IMG/VR virus record: IMGVR_UViG_3300025392_000002
From: a virus
Taxonomy: Duplodnaviria; Caudoviricetes
Strand: one strand, 5' to 3'
DNA length: 64,000 nt
Part shown: piece after piece, positions 60,051-64,000 of the stretch
Position numbering within the stretch: the first letter of the stretch is position 1
Layout of the letters: each line of letters starts with the position of its first letter
Notes under the pieces: generated by a model
Databases searched by the model: none
The model's input: the letters and a program-made list of their open reading frames with translations, nothing else
What the model was told of the DNA's origin: nothing
Translations under genes and position numbers: made by a program

Positions 60051-61573
60051 TAGAAATCTGCCTTAGGTTTAAGAACTTTGCTGATTGATTGACGTTGTTC
60101 TTCTCTACTACCATACAATGTCACAGCCCAACTGCCAGTAAAAGGTATAGATTGTTGTGGACTATCGTCTAGTATGCCATCAAATCCAGTAGTAGATCCA
60201 GATCTACCGCCATCATCTACCACACTTGGCGGATATGTTTGCGCCGCACTACCACCATCTGCAACGTCTGTTGGTGCGATCGTCGGTAGTGTAATTCTTA
60301 AACAATTAGATGCTGTTCCAGTTAACGGATTAGTATAGCTGTAACTGGAGTACATTGTCTTATAAGTTACATAATCAAATTCTAGTGTAGTAGTTTCAGA
60401 CTTGATAACAACATATGGTGCTGTAGCAACAGTTGTGTTATACGGAATTCTTGTATTAATTACATAAGTTCCAGATGTTAAATTGATCACATCACTAGCA
60501 ATAGAAGATGTATATGTGTAATAATTGTTATTGATAAATCCAGTCTTCAATGTGTTACGTGTATCGTTATTGGTCATGTTCATTCTTACACTATCTTCAA
60601 TGGCTACCCAGCTCTTACCACTAAATTTAAAAAGTCTATTAGGTAAAAAATCTGTACGTAAAAAGAAATCGTCTGCTTGTGCATTAGCCGGAAATTGAAT
60701 TCCAAAACCAAAATCATACCCGTTAGCTGGATAACCGTCACCTAGCAAGTAACCAGTGTAACCGCTACGCTCTGGGACACCAGGTGTTACTGTACCGTTG
60801 GTTGTATTTAGAACTGGTTTACCTGTTTGAGGATCTGCGGCCAGTGTATAAAATTGTCTTGTTTCGTATCCGCTCTTGGGTGCATCGGCTTCAGCCTGCG
60901 CAACCAGCTGATTGTTAATTTCAATTTCTTTATTGTACATACTCAACAAGTCACGTAGACTTGTATCAGAAGGATTACCATTTGCATCATTGACCTTTTG
61001 ATTAAAGATCTGTGCAAATTTCTGGTTATCAGTCACTCGTTTAATTTTAAGTCTATAAAGATGCGGATACCAAGTAACACTAAATCCTTCGCTAGCGCGA
61101 CCTACATCTTCAATAACATAATATCTAGGCAAGCTAATGTCAAAATCATTAAGTGCAAAATCATCTTTCAAGTGCGGTAGTTCTATTACATCACCGCTGA
61201 TAGGTTTACGGCCTACATACTTGATAAAATCGTTAATATGTACAGTCATGTACAATGTGTCATTATCAATAAACAAACCAAATGCGCTTAGGTTAAAGTC
61301 AATATTTTGTACATTATAGATTCCACGCAATCTATAAATTTCAGTATCATATGCACTGTCTCGATTTTCTAAAAATAGCAAATCTTGAATGTTTGTTACA
61401 GCAGTTGATCCATAAGATGGTTGATCAGCAGTAGCAGACGCATTAGCACCTACACCTAAATATTTGTGTAGATAAACGTCAGTTCCGCCCACTTGAAACA
61501 TCTCGCTGGCTTGTCGGTCTATAAATTTATAGTCTGAACCTCGTTCTGGTTTGTATAAGGATAATCGTGGCAT
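60050..61573 (-). CDS. neck protein (T4 gp14-like) with C-terminal extension
   Basis: GG.DVY.HKY, DLLFLENRD, LS.FGLF, GDVIELPH; synteny with gp13 and gp15. Confidence 0.65.
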   Translation of the reverse strand: MPRLSLYKPERGSDYKFIDRQASEMFQVGGTDVYLHKYLGVGANASATADQPSYGSTAVTNIQDLLFLENRDSAYDTEIYRLRGIYNVQNIDFNLSAFGLFIDNDTLYMTVHINDFIKYVGRKPISGDVIELPHLKDDFALNDFDISLPRYYVIEDVGRASEGFSVTWYPHLYRLKIKRVTDNQKFAQIFNQKVNDANGNPSDTSLRDLLSMYNKEIEINNQLVAQAEADAPKSGYETRQFYTLAADPQTGKPVLNTTNGTVTPGVPERSGYTGYLLGDGYPANGYDFGFGIQFPANAQADDFFLRTDFLPNRLFKFSGKSWVAIEDSVRMNMTNNDTRNTLKTGFINNNYYTYTSSIASDVINLTSGTYVINTRIPYNTTVATAPYVVIKSETTTLEFDYVTYKTMYSSYSYTNPLTGTASNCLRITLPTIAPTDVADGGSAAQTYPPSVVDDGGRSGSTTGFDGILDDSPQQSIPFTGSWAVTLYGSREEQRQSISKVLKPKADF

Positions 61574-61578
61574 AATGA

Positions 61579-61598
61579 TATTTATCGTTAGCTAAATA
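61579..61598. promoter_or_regulatory. back-to-back late promoters
   Basis: TAAATA on - strand 61579-61584 and + strand 61593-61598 between divergent neck genes. Confidence 0.65.
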
Positions 61599-61616
61599 TG
61601 TAAGGAGAACAAAAAC

Positions 61617-62405
61617 ATGGTAGATTCACCGTCAACAACCCAGTCTAATTCAGTCACAGAGCGCAACGCAGTTTTTAGCTATGTTAAAAATATGCTAGGC
61701 GACGGTATGATTGAAGTAGAATTAGATCCGATACATTACGAAACAGCATTAGATCGCGCATTAAATCGCTATCGTCAAAAAAGCCCAAATGCTGTAGAAG
61801 AAAGTTACCTGTTTTTAGAACTTATCCAGGATCAAAACGAGTACAGATTGCCCGATGAAGTTATCACAGTACGTCAGGTATTTCGTCGTGCAATCGGTTC
61901 AAGAAGCGGTATAGGTGCAGGTGGAACATTGTTCGAACCATTCAACTTGGCGTACACTAACACTTACTTGATGTCAGGCAGTATGATGGGCGGCTTGGCA
62001 ACTTATGATGCCTTTGCTGGATATCAAAAACTAGTTGGACGTATGTTTGGTAGTTATATTGAATTTTTATGGAAACCTACTAGCCATTTACTAGACATTC
62101 TCCAGCGGCCTTTTGCTCAAGGCGAGCAAATTTTAATTCAAAGTTATAATTTCCGTCCAGACTGGGTCTTGCTACAGGATATCTATGCCAAGCAATGGCT
62201 ACGTGATTATACTTTAGCAGTTTGTAAAAGTATGCTAGGCGAAGCACGTAGTAAGTTTGCCAGTATCGCTGGGCCAGGATCGGGCGGTATGCAATTGAAT
62301 GGTACTGCACTCAAAGGCGAAGCTGAAAAAGAATTTGAGCGTCTGGACAAAGAATTAATGGACTATACCGCAGGCGGTTCGGGCTATTATTTCATAACTG
62401 GCTAA
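61617..62405 (+). CDS. neck protein (T4 gp13-like)
   Basis: LG...IEVEL, W.RDY.LA.CK..LG..RSKF...GP.GG..LNG motif. Confidence 0.85.
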   Translation: MVDSPSTTQSNSVTERNAVFSYVKNMLGDGMIEVELDPIHYETALDRALNRYRQKSPNAVEESYLFLELIQDQNEYRLPDEVITVRQVFRRAIGSRSGIGAGGTLFEPFNLAYTNTYLMSGSMMGGLATYDAFAGYQKLVGRMFGSYIEFLWKPTSHLLDILQRPFAQGEQILIQSYNFRPDWVLLQDIYAKQWLRDYTLAVCKSMLGEARSKFASIAGPGSGGMQLNGTALKGEAEKEFERLDKELMDYTAGGSGYYFITG

Positions 62406-62413
62406 CAAATATA

Positions 62414-62442
62414 TTGACCTTGTAACAAAACTGTTATATACT
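62414..62442 (+). promoter_or_regulatory. sigma70-type early/middle promoter
   Basis: TTGACC-17 nt-TATACT. Confidence 0.7.
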
Positions 62443-62463
62443 AGAGCTAACTTAGGGGGCTCT

Positions 62464-63168
62464 ATGATTATAGGTGTGTGCGGTTTTATTGGTTCTGGCA
62501 AAGATACTGTTGCCGATTATCTTACTAACTTTCACGGTTTTCGACGAGAATCGTTCGCAAATAGCCTTAAAGATGCAGTAGCACAAGTGTTTGGTTGGGA
62601 CCGAACTATGCTAGAAGGTCGCACAACACAAGCCCGTGAATGGCGTGAACAAGTAGATCCATGGTGGGCTGAACGTTTAGATATGCCCGATCTAACACCA
62701 CGCTGGATCCTACAATACTGGGGAACTGAAGTTTGTCGCAAAGCATTTCACGATGATATTTGGATTGCTAGCTTGGAAAATAAATTACGCAATTCAAAAG
62801 ACAACATAGTTATTAGTGACTGTCGTTTTCCAAATGAAATTAAATCAATTAAAGATGCGGGTGGTATTGTTATTCGTGTAAAACGTGGTCAAGAGCCCGA
62901 ATGGTATCGAGATGCCGCAGATGTAAATGCCGGCGATAAATGTACAAATTATGCCATAGCTAAAAGTCGTATGGAAAAATTAGGCATACATGCATCGGAA
63001 ACTGCATGGGTTGGCACTAAATTTGATGCAGTCATGGATAATAACGGTACAATTGATGAGTTGTATGCTCAGGTAAAAGCACTTATAGATCTGGAACAAG
63101 ATCCCCTTGACGCCATGTCACGCCTTCTCGCTGAAGAATCCGTTGACAGTTTGAACACACTGTTTTAA
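62464..63168 (+). CDS. deoxynucleoside monophosphate kinase (T4 gp1-like)
   Basis: GFIGSGKDT P-loop, SFA..LKD, TPR.ILQ.WGTE, ISDCRFPNE, HASE. Confidence 0.92.
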   Translation: MIIGVCGFIGSGKDTVADYLTNFHGFRRESFANSLKDAVAQVFGWDRTMLEGRTTQAREWREQVDPWWAERLDMPDLTPRWILQYWGTEVCRKAFHDDIWIASLENKLRNSKDNIVISDCRFPNEIKSIKDAGGIVIRVKRGQEPEWYRDAADVNAGDKCTNYAIAKSRMEKLGIHASETAWVGTKFDAVMDNNGTIDELYAQVKALIDLEQDPLDAMSRLLAEESVDSLNTLF

Positions 63169-63409
63169 GATTTGTATGACGGCAGTTGTCTAAATTGCCG
63201 TCAACGTGAAATACATTAAACACCGCAGTATGCGGGCTTTTAAACCCGCATTTATCACAAGTGTTTTTCATTTTGTATCCAGCACTAGCCCATCGAGGTA
63301 ATTTTACACCTCGAATACACGCACCGCATTGGCTTCTATAATACGGTTTTTTGTTTTTATAATAATTAATTGCTACTGGATGTAGCCCGCATGTACAAAG
63401 TGGTCTCAT
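63083..63409 (-). CDS. Zn-finger/HNH-like protein
   Basis: CxC, CxxC, CDKCG...HVDGN..N....NL..VCSNC. Confidence 0.75.
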   Translation of the reverse strand: MRPLCTCGLHPVAINYYKNKKPYYRSQCGACIRGVKLPRWASAGYKMKNTCDKCGFKSPHTAVFNVFHVDGNLDNCRHTNLKTVCSNCQRILQREGVTWRQGDLVPDL

Positions 63410-63513
63410 ATTTTATTTAAGCCTTTTCAAAGCCTTTTCTTGGCTGTATAACAGCTACAATTATCCAAAATACCATAAATACATTAAGAACATGTACTCA
63501 TGGAGATAACACA

Positions 63514-64000
63514 ATGGCTCAATTAAGTTCACCAGGAATTAGCGTAACAGTAGTAGACGAATCTTTCTACACTCCTGCCGCTCCCGGAACCGTACCCCTA
63601 ATTATTGTTGCAAGTCAACAAGACAAAATGAATTCAGCTGGAACAGGAATTGCTCCAGGAACACTAGCGGCAAATGCAGGTAAAGTATACCTGTTAACAA
63701 GCCAAGCAGATCTTGGTGCTACTTTTGGTATTCCTTTCTTCCAAACTGATGCAAGCAATAACCCTGTACACGCAGGCGAATTAAACGAATATGGATTAGA
63801 GGCTGCCTATAGCTTCTTAGGCGTGAGTAATCGTGCTTATGTTGTACGTGCGGATGTAAACACTACCCAACTAATTGGCACCACTACAATCCCAACAAGT
63901 CCTCCCTCAGATGGCACTTATTGGTGGGATATTGCTGACACACACTTTGGTATTTTCCAATGGAATAGTCAACCAGCAACAACAAACGGTGGCCAGTTGT
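63514..64000 (+). CDS. gp18: tail sheath protein (T4 gp18-like), 5' part, truncated by window end
   Basis: MAQLSSPGISVTVVDESFY...ELNEYGL.AAYSFLGVSNRAYVVRAD; late box 63476-63481, GGAG SD; absent from ORF track. Confidence 0.88.
   Translation, partial: MAQLSSPGISVTVVDESFYTPAAPGTVPLIIVASQQDKMNSAGTGIAPGTLAANAGKVYLLTSQADLGATFGIPFFQTDASNNPVHAGELNEYGLEAAYSFLGVSNRAYVVRADVNTTQLIGTTTIPTSPPSDGTYWWDIADTHFGIFQWNSQPATTNGGQL

Noticed and set aside
1817-62741. Numerous short antisense or alternative-frame ORFs in the track (e.g. 2981..3280, 5424..5882, 8592..8858, 42531..42902, 50862..51503)
   Set aside because: They lie within well-supported genes, lack SDs or motifs, and are expected shadows of biased codon usage
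63419-63439. AAGCCTTTTC direct repeat in the divergent intergenic region
   Set aside because: Only two copies; no function can be supported
1-64000. Stop-codon reassignment, tRNAs, CRISPR arrays
   Set aside because: Genes are full length under the standard code, including 9-11 kb ORFs; no cloverleaf or repeat-spacer pattern noticed by eye

Overview
64-kb segment of a large, AT-rich T4-like myovirus, probably an uncultured aquatic phage. It holds most of the virion morphogenesis region: gp26/gp51-like tail chaperone, tape measure, portal, prohead protease, scaffold, major capsid, many fibre and decoration proteins including two giant paralogues (2936 and 3784 aa), neck proteins gp13/14/15 and the start of tail sheath gp18. 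Three tandem Gly/His-rich fibre-tip paralogues are followed by a ~12.7-kb convergent island of 2 flavin-dependent halogenases and ~13 2OG-Fe(II)/JmjC oxygenases with late-type promoter boxes. Most notable signals: (1) a complete -1 frameshift signal (U UUU UUC, 5-nt spacer, 12-bp stem) that would fuse the gp26-like gene to an uncalled downstream frame; (2) a ~470-nt, heavily base-paired non-coding region with putative kissing loops after a GIY-YIG nuclease; (3) the halogenase/oxygenase island as a candidate virion-protein modification system; (4) structured leaders, leaderless late genes and an SD-occluding switch. Protein assignments come from motif recognition by eye; no database searches were run.
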